Of a DNA stretch of 64,000 bases, positions 17,296 through 25,694 are shown in pieces. The position numbers were made by a program, and so were the translations under genes. Position 1 is the stretch's first letter. Each line of letters starts with the position of its first letter. Origin of the DNA: Planctomycetota bacterium (lineage in GTDB: Bacteria; Planctomycetota; PLA2; JAEUHO01); the NCBI GenBank assembly GCA_965222115.1, contig CBDCTJ010000007.1, positions 1,504,001 through 1,568,000 on the forward strand, given 5' to 3'. The notes beneath the pieces are model-generated. The model saw only the letters and a program-made list of their open reading frames with translations, was not told the DNA's origin and did not search any database.

Positions 17296-18816
17296 GTGGC
17301 ACGCGAAGCTGGAACTATTGCGAGGCGAGTCGTGAGTCCACCCCATTCAACGCCCCGCGCGTCATCGCGATTGCTCGACCACTGGGAAGAAGCTCCTTCG
17401 GATGTGCGCGAACGCATTCGTGTGTACTGGCTGACCGACGCCGGTGGCGGCGACAAGTCGTCCGTTTCCGTGGAGCAGTTCGGAAACGACGTACTCATGT
17501 TGTGGAAGCGCGGTCGCGCGCGCCGCGGTCTGGAGCCGTCACTCACGTGGTTTCAATCGGGGGCGCACGCGCTCGCGTGGCGCGATCTTCATTTGGCGCG
17601 CCGCTGTGAACACGGCAGCGAGGCGGCTTGGCGTGAGTTTTCGCGACGCTATTCACCGGATGTTGAGGCTGCGATTCATCGTGGTTATCCGAACGTCGAT
17701 GCACAGGCGGTCGCGGCATCCGTGATGGCCGATATGTGGAAACGTCCGAAAGGGGGTACGCCGGATCGTACGCAGTTGGGACGCTATGAGGGCATGGGCC
17801 CATTGTGGGCGTGGCTTGCCGCGATCGGGCTTCGACGTGCTCATGAAGAACGTGTACATGAAGACGGGCAGCATGAAGCGACTAGCAATCCGCTGGATCC
17901 CAATGATGCTTCGTTGGCGCTCAATCAAGACGTAGACAGCGAGGAACGCGACCTAGTTGAAGTACGTGGCCAGTCCGACCCCGTGGTCGTGCGGTTGATC
18001 GAAGAGGCGAAACACCCTCGTCTAGCCGATGCAATCAAGCCACGCGGTCGTTCGCTTTCCATTCCGTTGTGGGCCGTGGGCGCCGCACTTGCGGCGCTTG
18101 CGCTTGTGGCATTCCTGTTGTTCCACGGCGATTCAAACGACGCCAATCAACGAAGCGAGTCCGCAAGTTCGAATCCCGCGATCACCGAAGGCACGTGGAA
18201 CGATCGATCGCTGGCCAGTACCTTCAAAGCACTCGCCGCTAAAGAAGCGCAAGCGTTTCAGGGCTTCACGTTTCCCGACGCGGCTTCAAGAAAGGGCGTT
18301 GAAGAACGCCAACTGCGAAGCAATGAGCTGTTTGTCAAACCTGCAGCTGCGGTCCTCGAAGCTACGCCCACCATTCGATGGCTCGATGGAGACGGAAACT
18401 CGATTCGTGCACGACAAGTGTTTGTACAGGTTATGAAGGAACATGGCGGCGTGCGCCTTGAGTTGAATACCGACGACGAAGAGTTGGAGTGGCCGATCGA
18501 CGTCAAGGAGCTTGAGCCGGGCGTTTCCTACACCGCGAATGTGTCGCTCACGCACAACGGCGTGCGCCACCGAGGGTCCACCACCTTTCGGGTGATTTCC
18601 GATCGACAAGCGGATCGCTACGAACGTGCCTGCCAGCGCATCGAGCGCGAAGTTGAGGGTCCGGTGGGACGCGCACTTTTGCTGGGCTATACGGCGGTGC
18701 ACTTTGGTTTGCTAGAAGAAGCGTGGGTCCACCTCAACGATGTGGAGGCGTCTGGGCCGTCCGCGGACGCCCTCGACGAACTCATCGCGTATCTGCAGCG
18801 CTTGGATCCGCCGTAG
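17296..18816 (+). CDS. Membrane protein with ECF sigma region-2-like N-terminal segment and extracytoplasmic C-terminal domain
   Basis: DLHLARRC..EAAWREFSRRY and RYEGMGPLWAWL resemble ECF sigma2; single TM near 18061-18123; no sigma4 HTH apparent. Start uncertain. Confidence 0.55.
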   Translation: MAREAGTIARRVVSPPHSTPRASSRLLDHWEEAPSDVRERIRVYWLTDAGGGDKSSVSVEQFGNDVLMLWKRGRARRGLEPSLTWFQSGAHALAWRDLHLARRCEHGSEAAWREFSRRYSPDVEAAIHRGYPNVDAQAVAASVMADMWKRPKGGTPDRTQLGRYEGMGPLWAWLAAIGLRRAHEERVHEDGQHEATSNPLDPNDASLALNQDVDSEERDLVEVRGQSDPVVVRLIEEAKHPRLADAIKPRGRSLSIPLWAVGAALAALALVAFLLFHGDSNDANQRSESASSNPAITEGTWNDRSLASTFKALAAKEAQAFQGFTFPDAASRKGVEERQLRSNELFVKPAAAVLEATPTIRWLDGDGNSIRARQVFVQVMKEHGGVRLELNTDDEELEWPIDVKELEPGVSYTANVSLTHNGVRHRGSTTFRVISDRQADRYERACQRIEREVEGPVGRALLLGYTAVHFGLLEEAWVHLNDVEASGPSADALDELIAYLQRLDPP

Positions 18817-18910
18817 CCCGGGCAATGGTCAACGCGGGCGCGTCCAAACGAGACGGCCCCGGCTCCAGGTGCGATACTCACCTCCTGCGCGATTGCGTAC
18901 GGAGGACAAC

Positions 18911-20986
18911 ATGACGAACCATCTCGCCGTGAGGCGCGTAACGTTTGCGTTTTTGCTACTGGCCACGTTCGGGCTCCTGGCGCCGGCCTCAAGCACAAGG
19001 CTTGCAAACGGGCAGGAAGAGTCCCCGGACAAGCTTGCCGAGGCCATTCAGTTTGCGCGTGACCGGGTGTATCCCGCCCTCGTCAACATCTCCGTGGTCG
19101 ATCGCATGTTTTCGCAGGGCCGCGAAGAACGCGTGCTCGCAGCGGGTAGCGGCGTCATTGTGAGTCCTGCAGGACATGTGCTCACCAACTACCACGTGGC
19201 GGGTGAGGCCACACGCATTACATGTCGCTTGCCCAGTGGCGAACGTGTGGATGCTGATCGCATCTGCCCCGATCCATTGACCGACCTTTGTGTACTCAAG
19301 CTGCGCATGGGGGAACGACGCGACCCCACCAAGCCCTTGCCGTTTGCAAGCATTGGCGCCAGCGACAAGCTGCAGGTTGGCGATCACGTGATGGCGATTG
19401 GCAACCCGCAAGGGTTGAGCAGTTCCATCACGCTTGGGATTGTCTCGAACACGTCGCGCGTGTTTACGAGCTTTGCTGGCGACCGTTTGGAAGAGTTCTC
19501 GTTTCGCGGCGGCCAGAGCACCGGCATTTTGAACCAGTGGATTCAGCACGACGCTCTCATCCTTGGCGGCAACAGCGGCGGTCCGCTTGTCAATATGCAG
19601 GGTGAAGTCATTGGCATCAACACGCGCGGTGGCGGCGGTGTGGGTTTTGCCATTCCTTCGTCGATTTGCAGCAAGGTGCTCAACCAGGCACTTACGTTTG
19701 GCGAAGTGCGTCGCGGATGGCTCGGTTTGGCCGTGCAGCCCATTTCTCTGCTTGAGCGCGACGAAGGCGCGTTGGTTGCTTCGGCGCTCGATGTAGGGCC
19801 CGCGCATAAGGCCGGCATACGTCCAGGGGACGTCTTGATGTCCATCAATGATGTGCCCATCAATGTGAGCAATTGGGCAGCGGTGCCACGCTTCTATGCC
19901 GACATCGCCGATTTGAAGGTCGGTAGCAAGGTCAAGTTGAGTGTCGAGCGTGATGGCGAGTCGCACACTTTTACCGCGAAGGTATTGCCGCTTAGCAAGT
20001 ACACCGGCAAAGAAAAGGTCTATCGGCGTTGGTCGGTTGTGGCTACCACGATCACTGAACCCATGGCGCGCGATCGCAACTACCCAAACACCAAGGGCAT
20101 CTTGATTACCAGCGTGCGTCCCGGAAGCCCCTGCGACAACGCCAAGCCTCCGATTGGTTCGGGTGACGTGATCCTCAAAGTCGCCGACATCGAAATTGTC
20201 GGCGCGGATGAGTTTGCAGAAGCCATCAAGAAGCACAAGCGCAACAAGAAGTTGCCCGTTGTGTTTCGCCGTGGCAAGCGCCACATGGTGACGGTGCTCG
20301 ATATGACCAAGAAGGCGCGCCGGCGAGGCAGTGCCGAACTTCAAAAGGCGTGGTTGGGCGTGAGTACGCAGGTTGTGACCCGAAAAGTGGCCGAGGCGAT
20401 TGGTGCCAAGGGCACCAAGGGTTTTCGCATCACACGCGTGTTGCCGCGCACCGAAGCGGAGAAAGCGGGCCTAAAGGTTGGCGACGTGATCACCACGCTC
20501 GACGGCGACAAGCTCAAGGCGTCAACTATGCAGGATCAGCAACTGCTGCGCCGCAAGATTGAAGACAAGGACATTGGCGCCGAGTCCACATTGGGCGTTT
20601 TGCGCGATGGCAAGACCATCGAAGTGAAAGTCACGCTCGAAGAGTCACCCGAACCTCCCGCGGATGCGCGCACGGCCGAAGACACGGTACTTGAGTACAA
20701 GGTGCGCGAGCTAACCTATACCGATCTCGTCGGTCGTGACCTCGATCTCGACACCAAGGGTGTCATCGTTGCGAACGTCACGTCGGGCGGGTGGGCCCAC
20801 GTCGCGGGTTTGAGCGGCGGCGACATTCCCCTTGAGATTCAAGGCAAGCCCATTGAGTCGCTCAAGGCGTTCAAGGCCATTGTCAAAGAACTTGGCGAGT
20901 CCAAGCCGCGTTTGGTGACCATCTTTGTGCGCCGGGGTCGCTCGACGACGTTCGTGATTACGCGACCTGAATGGCCCACGGATTAG
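18911..20986 (+). CDS. HtrA/DegP-like trypsin serine protease with multiple PDZ domains
   Basis: GSGVI, LTNYHV (His), TDL (Asp), GNSGGPL (Ser); repeated RGWLG/AWLG and GDV PDZ motifs; GGAGG RBS. Confidence 0.92.
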   Translation: MTNHLAVRRVTFAFLLLATFGLLAPASSTRLANGQEESPDKLAEAIQFARDRVYPALVNISVVDRMFSQGREERVLAAGSGVIVSPAGHVLTNYHVAGEATRITCRLPSGERVDADRICPDPLTDLCVLKLRMGERRDPTKPLPFASIGASDKLQVGDHVMAIGNPQGLSSSITLGIVSNTSRVFTSFAGDRLEEFSFRGGQSTGILNQWIQHDALILGGNSGGPLVNMQGEVIGINTRGGGGVGFAIPSSICSKVLNQALTFGEVRRGWLGLAVQPISLLERDEGALVASALDVGPAHKAGIRPGDVLMSINDVPINVSNWAAVPRFYADIADLKVGSKVKLSVERDGESHTFTAKVLPLSKYTGKEKVYRRWSVVATTITEPMARDRNYPNTKGILITSVRPGSPCDNAKPPIGSGDVILKVADIEIVGADEFAEAIKKHKRNKKLPVVFRRGKRHMVTVLDMTKKARRRGSAELQKAWLGVSTQVVTRKVAEAIGAKGTKGFRITRVLPRTEAEKAGLKVGDVITTLDGDKLKASTMQDQQLLRRKIEDKDIGAESTLGVLRDGKTIEVKVTLEESPEPPADARTAEDTVLEYKVRELTYTDLVGRDLDLDTKGVIVANVTSGGWAHVAGLSGGDIPLEIQGKPIESLKAFKAIVKELGESKPRLVTIFVRRGRSTTFVITRPEWPTD

Positions 20987-21055
20987 TTCGATCTCACGAA
21001 TCAGATCAAAGCAACTCGAATCAACCATCAAGCGCCGCGACGGCGTCTGGAGTCC

Positions 21056-22045
21056 ATGATGAAGCAACTAGCGATACACTTGGGCGTAGTGGCGCTCGCG
21101 GTGAGCCTTGTAGGTACAACCGTCCATGCCAAAGAAGGCGAGAGTTCCACTGCGGGCACAAAGCAACAGCAATTGATCAACAAGTTTGCTGGCCGCGTAT
21201 GCATGGTCAAAGCGGTGCTTCAAATCAAGATGAGCAATGCAGGCAGGTCTCGTGATCAAGAAGCGCCGGTTAAGGTCACGGGAGTGATCGCGGACGCGTC
21301 CGGCTTGATCATGGTGAATCAGGCCGCACTTGAAGGTCCCGGTGGCGGTGCTGGAAACATGCAGTTGATGCTGATGAAGCAAATGGGCTTCAGCTTCAAA
21401 GTGACGCCCACAAATTTGAGCGTTGTGTTCCCGGGCGACGACAAAGAATATCCCGCCATCTTGGGTGCCAAAGACACCAAGCTGGGGTTGGCGTTTATCG
21501 CCATTCGAGACTTGGGTGACAAGAAGCTTGAACCCGTTACCTGGGACAACGTGGCAACGCCTGCGGTGGGCTCAAAGCTCTATGGTGTGTCGCGCATGGG
21601 TGAAGATTTCGATCACGCGCCCGTCTGCGGCGGTGTCAAGGTGCTCGCGAAAATCGAGAAGCCTCGCAAGATGTGGCTTGTCAATAGTGAGCGCTTTGTG
21701 GGCGAACCGCTCTATGCCGAAGATGGCGCCGTGGCCGGTGTTGTGAGTCTCCAAACCGGTGCGTCCGGAAGCGGTACCGCACAACGTTGCTTGTTGCCCG
21801 TGAACATTGTCACCGCTGTCATTCGTCGTTCGCTCAAGACCGCCGCCCAGGCGCTCGAAGATGCCAAGGAAGACGAGGGTAAGGACGAAGAGGGCAACGA
21901 AGACGGTGACAAGCCCGCGGATGCCGAAGGCGAGAAGGCCGGCGAAGACAAGAAGGACGCCGACGCGGAAGACAAGCCCGCGGAGAAACCAGCGGATAAG
22001 CCCGCCGACGAACCCAAGCCAGAGGAGCCGTCGAAGGACCCGTAG
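21056..22045 (+). CDS. Secreted trypsin-like-fold protein, probably catalytically inactive, with acidic tail
   Basis: Signal peptide; TGVIADASGLI, D..LGLAFI, GEPLY..DGAVAGVV match a trypsin-like topology but His and GNSGG are missing. Confidence 0.55.
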   Translation: MMKQLAIHLGVVALAVSLVGTTVHAKEGESSTAGTKQQQLINKFAGRVCMVKAVLQIKMSNAGRSRDQEAPVKVTGVIADASGLIMVNQAALEGPGGGAGNMQLMLMKQMGFSFKVTPTNLSVVFPGDDKEYPAILGAKDTKLGLAFIAIRDLGDKKLEPVTWDNVATPAVGSKLYGVSRMGEDFDHAPVCGGVKVLAKIEKPRKMWLVNSERFVGEPLYAEDGAVAGVVSLQTGASGSGTAQRCLLPVNIVTAVIRRSLKTAAQALEDAKEDEGKDEEGNEDGDKPADAEGEKAGEDKKDADAEDKPAEKPADKPADEPKPEEPSKDP

Positions 22046-22065
22046 GCTCGAATCACGTGGCTGGG

Positions 22066-22175
22066 TTGCAGTCGCGCGCAACTCACCTCACGCAGAGGCG
22101 CCACGTTGCAGAGGCGCAGTGGGCTGTGTATAGGTGAGCGCGGATCGCCAAGGTGGAGGCGAGTAGAGAAAGAGA
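22066..22175 (+). repeat. Structured dispersed repeat, copy 1 (REP-like)
   Basis: ttgcagtcgcgcgcaactcacc..acgcagaggcgccacgttgcag..ggctgtgt.taggtgagcgcgga is nearly identical to 23035-23145; internal ctcacc/ggtgag pairing. Confidence 0.8.
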
Positions 22176-22275
22176 GTTCACGCTTTACGACTTCTGCTCA
22201 ACGGCACTCCAGCTTGTGTATGAACTGGCATTAAATGCAGGTTCATGCTTGGGATCCATGCGAAATGACCGCGCG

Positions 22276-22617
22276 TCATGCATTGCTCGTTGGATCTATC
22301 GGTAAGGCATCGGGGCGTGGCAATCGCCGACCATGGCGCAACGCCAGGACGTATACCGTACGCGCTTCTTCATCGACGGAATACAGGAGAAGATGAGCTC
22401 CAATCACTAGTTTGCGGATCTCGTAGTCTCGGTATCTGCCTTCTTCAGCCAAGGAGCCACGTCGAGGATAGTTTTCAAGTGAGTCGACTTCGTCCCAGAT
22501 CCGTTCCAACCAACGCTTGGCATTCAGGGGTGCATCTGCAGTATCAGCGATGTAACGTGCTTGACTTGAGATTGCTGCGAGCGCTGTATCGGTGACGCGA
22601 ATCACATCGCAGTTCAT
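22276..22617 (-). CDS. Type II toxin, RelE/ParE family
   Basis: 113 aa; A..I....YIA, SLENYPRRG, IRKLVIGAHLLLYSV, VYVLALRHGRR; overlaps the antitoxin stop. Confidence 0.85.
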   Translation of the reverse strand: MNCDVIRVTDTALAAISSQARYIADTADAPLNAKRWLERIWDEVDSLENYPRRGSLAEEGRYRDYEIRKLVIGAHLLLYSVDEEARTVYVLALRHGRRLPRPDALPIDPTSNA

Positions 22618-22904
22618 CGATCGATTTCGATACCAAGGTCTCTCGCCAACTTCTTAAGCGCGTCTTTCGCGTCAGAAGTATTTCCATTGCGAATGTCTTG
22701 AGCACTCTGATCTATCTGCAAGAGGCTTCCCGCGAGCTCCGCGCGATCGGCGAGTTTGTCGTAGGCCTCGGGGCTCATGACAACGGCGTCGGTCTTGCCG
22801 TTGCTCGTGACGTACAGGGGTCGACCGGTCTCGCGTACCCGATCGATGTGGTCTCGAAGCAAACGGCGGTGCTCGGTGAAGCTGGTGATGTCGTCGCTAC
22901 GCAT
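22614..22904 (-). CDS. Type II antitoxin, Phd/YefM family
   Basis: DITSFTEHR, RVRETGRPLYVTSNGKTDAVVMSPEAYD. Confidence 0.88.
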   Translation of the reverse strand: MRSDDITSFTEHRRLLRDHIDRVRETGRPLYVTSNGKTDAVVMSPEAYDKLADRAELAGSLLQIDQSAQDIRNGNTSDAKDALKKLARDLGIEIDR

Positions 22905-22927
22905 AGTGGAGACCTATAGAGGGGTTA

Positions 22928-22966
22928 TGTACATTATTGTGTACACGGCGCCGAGGCGTGAGTCAA
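22928..22966 (-). promoter_or_regulatory. TA promoter/operator with paired TGTACA palindromes
   Basis: TGTACA at 22928-22933 and 22940-22945 (12 bp apart); TTGACT -35 candidate on the minus strand at 22966-22961. Confidence 0.7.
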
Positions 22967-23034
22967 CTCACGAATCCCTGTAATTTCTGCGTCAGGGCAA
23001 AGATCACACCCCACGGGAACTGTGACCGGTTGCC

Positions 23035-23145
23035 TTGCAGTCGCGCGCAACTCACCACACGCAGAGGCGCCACGTTGCAGGCGCGCAGACGGCTGTGTGT
23101 AGGTGAGCGCGGAATGGGTGTGCGGAGGCGGGTAGAGAAGAGGAG
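23035..23145 (+). repeat. Structured dispersed repeat, copy 2 (REP-like)
   Basis: Direct repeat of 22066-22175. Confidence 0.8.
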
Positions 23146-23240
23146 CCCACACGAAGGGCATAAGGCCACGAAACCGTAGCGCGACACTACGAGGCGGGGC
23201 TCCTCATTAGTGGCCTAGCAGTTAACGAACCTAGATCACC

Positions 23241-23274
23241 CTGCGCCTCTACTTCTCTGGGTCCCTGCGTGAGG
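23241..23274 (-). repeat. Inverted partial copy of the repeat core
   Basis: Reverse complement reads cctcacgcag-N14-agaggcgcag, the same arms and spacing as 22086-22119. Confidence 0.6.
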
Positions 23275-23316
23275 CTACCCACTTATGGCGAACACATGCG
23301 TGCTATGCAGGCCACA

Positions 23317-24129
23317 CTACGCCAAATCAAACACCAAGAATTCCGCGTTGCTCACGCCAACAATGTTCAGGGTTCCGGCATCGCTCGTTCGTACGGCGTC
23401 ACCTGCCGTCAACTGCACACCGTTCACTCTAATGGCGCCGCGGGCGACTTGGATCCACGCGTGTCGCTTGGGCTTGACAACATGGGCAACGCGCTTCTTC
23501 GCATCGAGTAGCGACGCATACACAACAATGTTCTGATTGATGCGAACGCTCGTCCCCGCACCATTTGGCGTGGCGATGGGCCGCAGTTGATTTTTGCGCG
23601 TTGCCGTGGGAAACGCTCGTTGCGCGTACCCAGGACGGTAGTTCTTGCGATCGGGCGTGATCCAAATCTGCAACAGGTGCAAGCGTTTCTTGCTTGACGC
23701 GTTGAACTCGCTGTGACGGATGCCGGTACCCGCGGTCATGCGTTGGATTTCGCCGGGCTTAATGACGCCGCCGTTGCCCAAGCTGTCGCGGTGGCGGATT
23801 GAACCTTCCAAGACATAGGTAAGAATCTCCATGTCATTGTGAGGGTGCATGGGAAAGCCGCGGCTGGGTTGAATGACGTCCTCATTAATCACACGCAACG
23901 AGCGAAAACTCATGTTGCGCGGGTCGTGATAGTTGCCGAACGAGAAGCTATGTTTCGCTTTGAGCCAACCATGATTGACTTGGCCGCGCTCGTGACTTCG
24001 ACGAACGACAAGTCGGGGTCCCTTCGCTTTGCCCGCAGCTGCCAGAGCTGGCGTGAGGGCAATACCCGCGGCGGCCAGAGACACCTTCTTGGTGAGGTCT
24101 CGGCGATTCATAAGCTTCCTGCGCTTCAT
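23317..24129 (-). CDS. Pirin-family protein (YhhW-like) with twin-arginine signal peptide
   Basis: GWLKAKHSFSF, LRVINED, GFPMHPHNDMEI, HRDSLGN, MTAGTGIRHSEFN; N-terminal NRRDL plus hydrophobic stretch; AAGGAG RBS. Confidence 0.9.
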   Translation of the reverse strand: MKRRKLMNRRDLTKKVSLAAAGIALTPALAAAGKAKGPRLVVRRSHERGQVNHGWLKAKHSFSFGNYHDPRNMSFRSLRVINEDVIQPSRGFPMHPHNDMEILTYVLEGSIRHRDSLGNGGVIKPGEIQRMTAGTGIRHSEFNASSKKRLHLLQIWITPDRKNYRPGYAQRAFPTATRKNQLRPIATPNGAGTSVRINQNIVVYASLLDAKKRVAHVVKPKRHAWIQVARGAIRVNGVQLTAGDAVRTSDAGTLNIVGVSNAEFLVFDLA

Positions 24130-24366
24130 GGGTGTCTCCTTGGTCCGGGGGTGCATCATTGCACGGCCAGTTGATACCTAGTGACGCTCGATTCGGTGTA
24201 CTTGTTTCAACAAGCAAATTGATGGTGGGCCGATCGTCCCTGGAAGAGCCGGTGTGGCCCCATTTGTTGAGGTCGGGGCGAGGCGCGTCCACAGTCCCCC
24301 TACAATCTTTCCCGGTCCGAATCGTCTACACTATCGATCGGCCCCATTCAGGGCACCGGAGGTCTC

Positions 24367-25557
24367 ATGGTCCAGCGCACTGTTCTTTTTGCGGCGGCGG
24401 CAATATTGCTCGCCTCGATTCCGGTGGCCCACGCCAAGGATGAAGCACCGTCCGATAAGCAGGTCGTGTCGCTCAAGTATCGAACGCTGCCAAACATGTT
24501 CGAGACGCATATGCCGGCGCTCCGCGTGGTGCCCATCAAGGACTCGATACCGATTCCGCATCAGGGCGGCGACGGATTCGCGGTGAAGCTCGACGGTACC
24601 GACTTGTTGATCGACAACAATGGCGATGGCAAGACCAACTTGATCGTGCGGCGGAAAGACAAAGAATCGGGATTGATCCGGTTAAACGCCAAACGCAAAG
24701 ACGGCACGCCCTTTACCTATGCACTGCGTCTTCGCAAGAGCGGCACCTGGGTCTTTCACACGTCGGGCGCCATGGAAGGTACGGTGGGCGATACACGCAT
24801 TCGCCTCATCGATCAGAATCACAACGGAACCTACAATGATCTCGGCGAGGACGCCGTGGTGATTGGCGCATCCAAGTATGCGAGTTTCCTCAGTCCTGTT
24901 TGGTCGCTCGATGGAAAGCTCTACATTGGAAAAGTGACCAAGGACGGCGAGAAAATCACTCTTACCCCCTACACGGGCAAGACCGGCACGCTCGATATGA
25001 CCTCGTCGTTTAAGAGCGGCGGACGCTTGGCCTCAGCCATTGTGAAGACCACCAAAGGCACGTTTTCATTTGATGTTGCCCAATTAGCGGAAGACACCGG
25101 CGGCAAAGTCACACTACCGATCGGCGCCTATGAACTCGTCCGCGGGACGCTTCAAAAGGGTACCTATCAAGTCACCATTGAACCCGGCGACATGAAGCCC
25201 TTCCGCGTGCGCACAAACAAGCACACGACTCTCGCCTGGGGTGGACCGATCCGAGCCGAGTTTGCCTACAATCGCAAGGGTGACAAAGTTCAGTTTTCGC
25301 CCAATCTGGTGTGGTATTTCGGAAGCGCTGGCGAAAAGTACTCGGGCTGGACACCGGAAGCGAAGTCACCGGAATTCATCGTGTACCGCGCCGACGACGG
25401 CAAGGAGGTGGCACGCGGCAAGTTCGTGGCGTGTACCTGAGGCCCAGCCTGGATCCCGGCCGCCGTGAGCGTGCCCGCCGACATCGACATTCGCGTTGAA
25501 ATGAACGACAGTCGTTCCATTTTGGGCGGAAAAATCGAGAGCAAACTGCGCGAGTAA
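24367..25557 (+). CDS. Secreted hypothetical protein, probable selenoprotein (in-frame UGA at 25438-25440; 24367-25440 if UGA is a stop)
   Basis: Signal peptide; DxNxxG loops; ends ...GKFVACT-TGA, and the frame stays open for 38 more codons (GPAWIPAAVSVPADIDIRVEMNDSRSILGGKIESKLRE) to TAA 25555-25557. Confidence 0.7.
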
Positions 25558-25694
25558 TTGTCGTCTGAAGCGCTGTCTGCAAAGCCTTTGTGGTTGACCC
25601 CTGTGTCGTGCCTGCGCGCGCGTTCTATTTTGGCGTAAAGTACGCGTTCAGCCCGATTCGGCGCACGCGGAGCAATTGGAGCGCGACAATACTC

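Noticed and set aside
18740-18910. Extended N-terminus of the HtrA protease
   Set aside because: It overlaps the upstream gene; ATG 18911 has a GGAGG RBS and is followed by a signal peptide.
22066-23145. Integron attC sites flanking the TA cassette
   Set aside because: No RYYYAAC/GTTRRRY pair in the proper arrangement on either strand and no integrase in the window; kept only as REP-like repeats.
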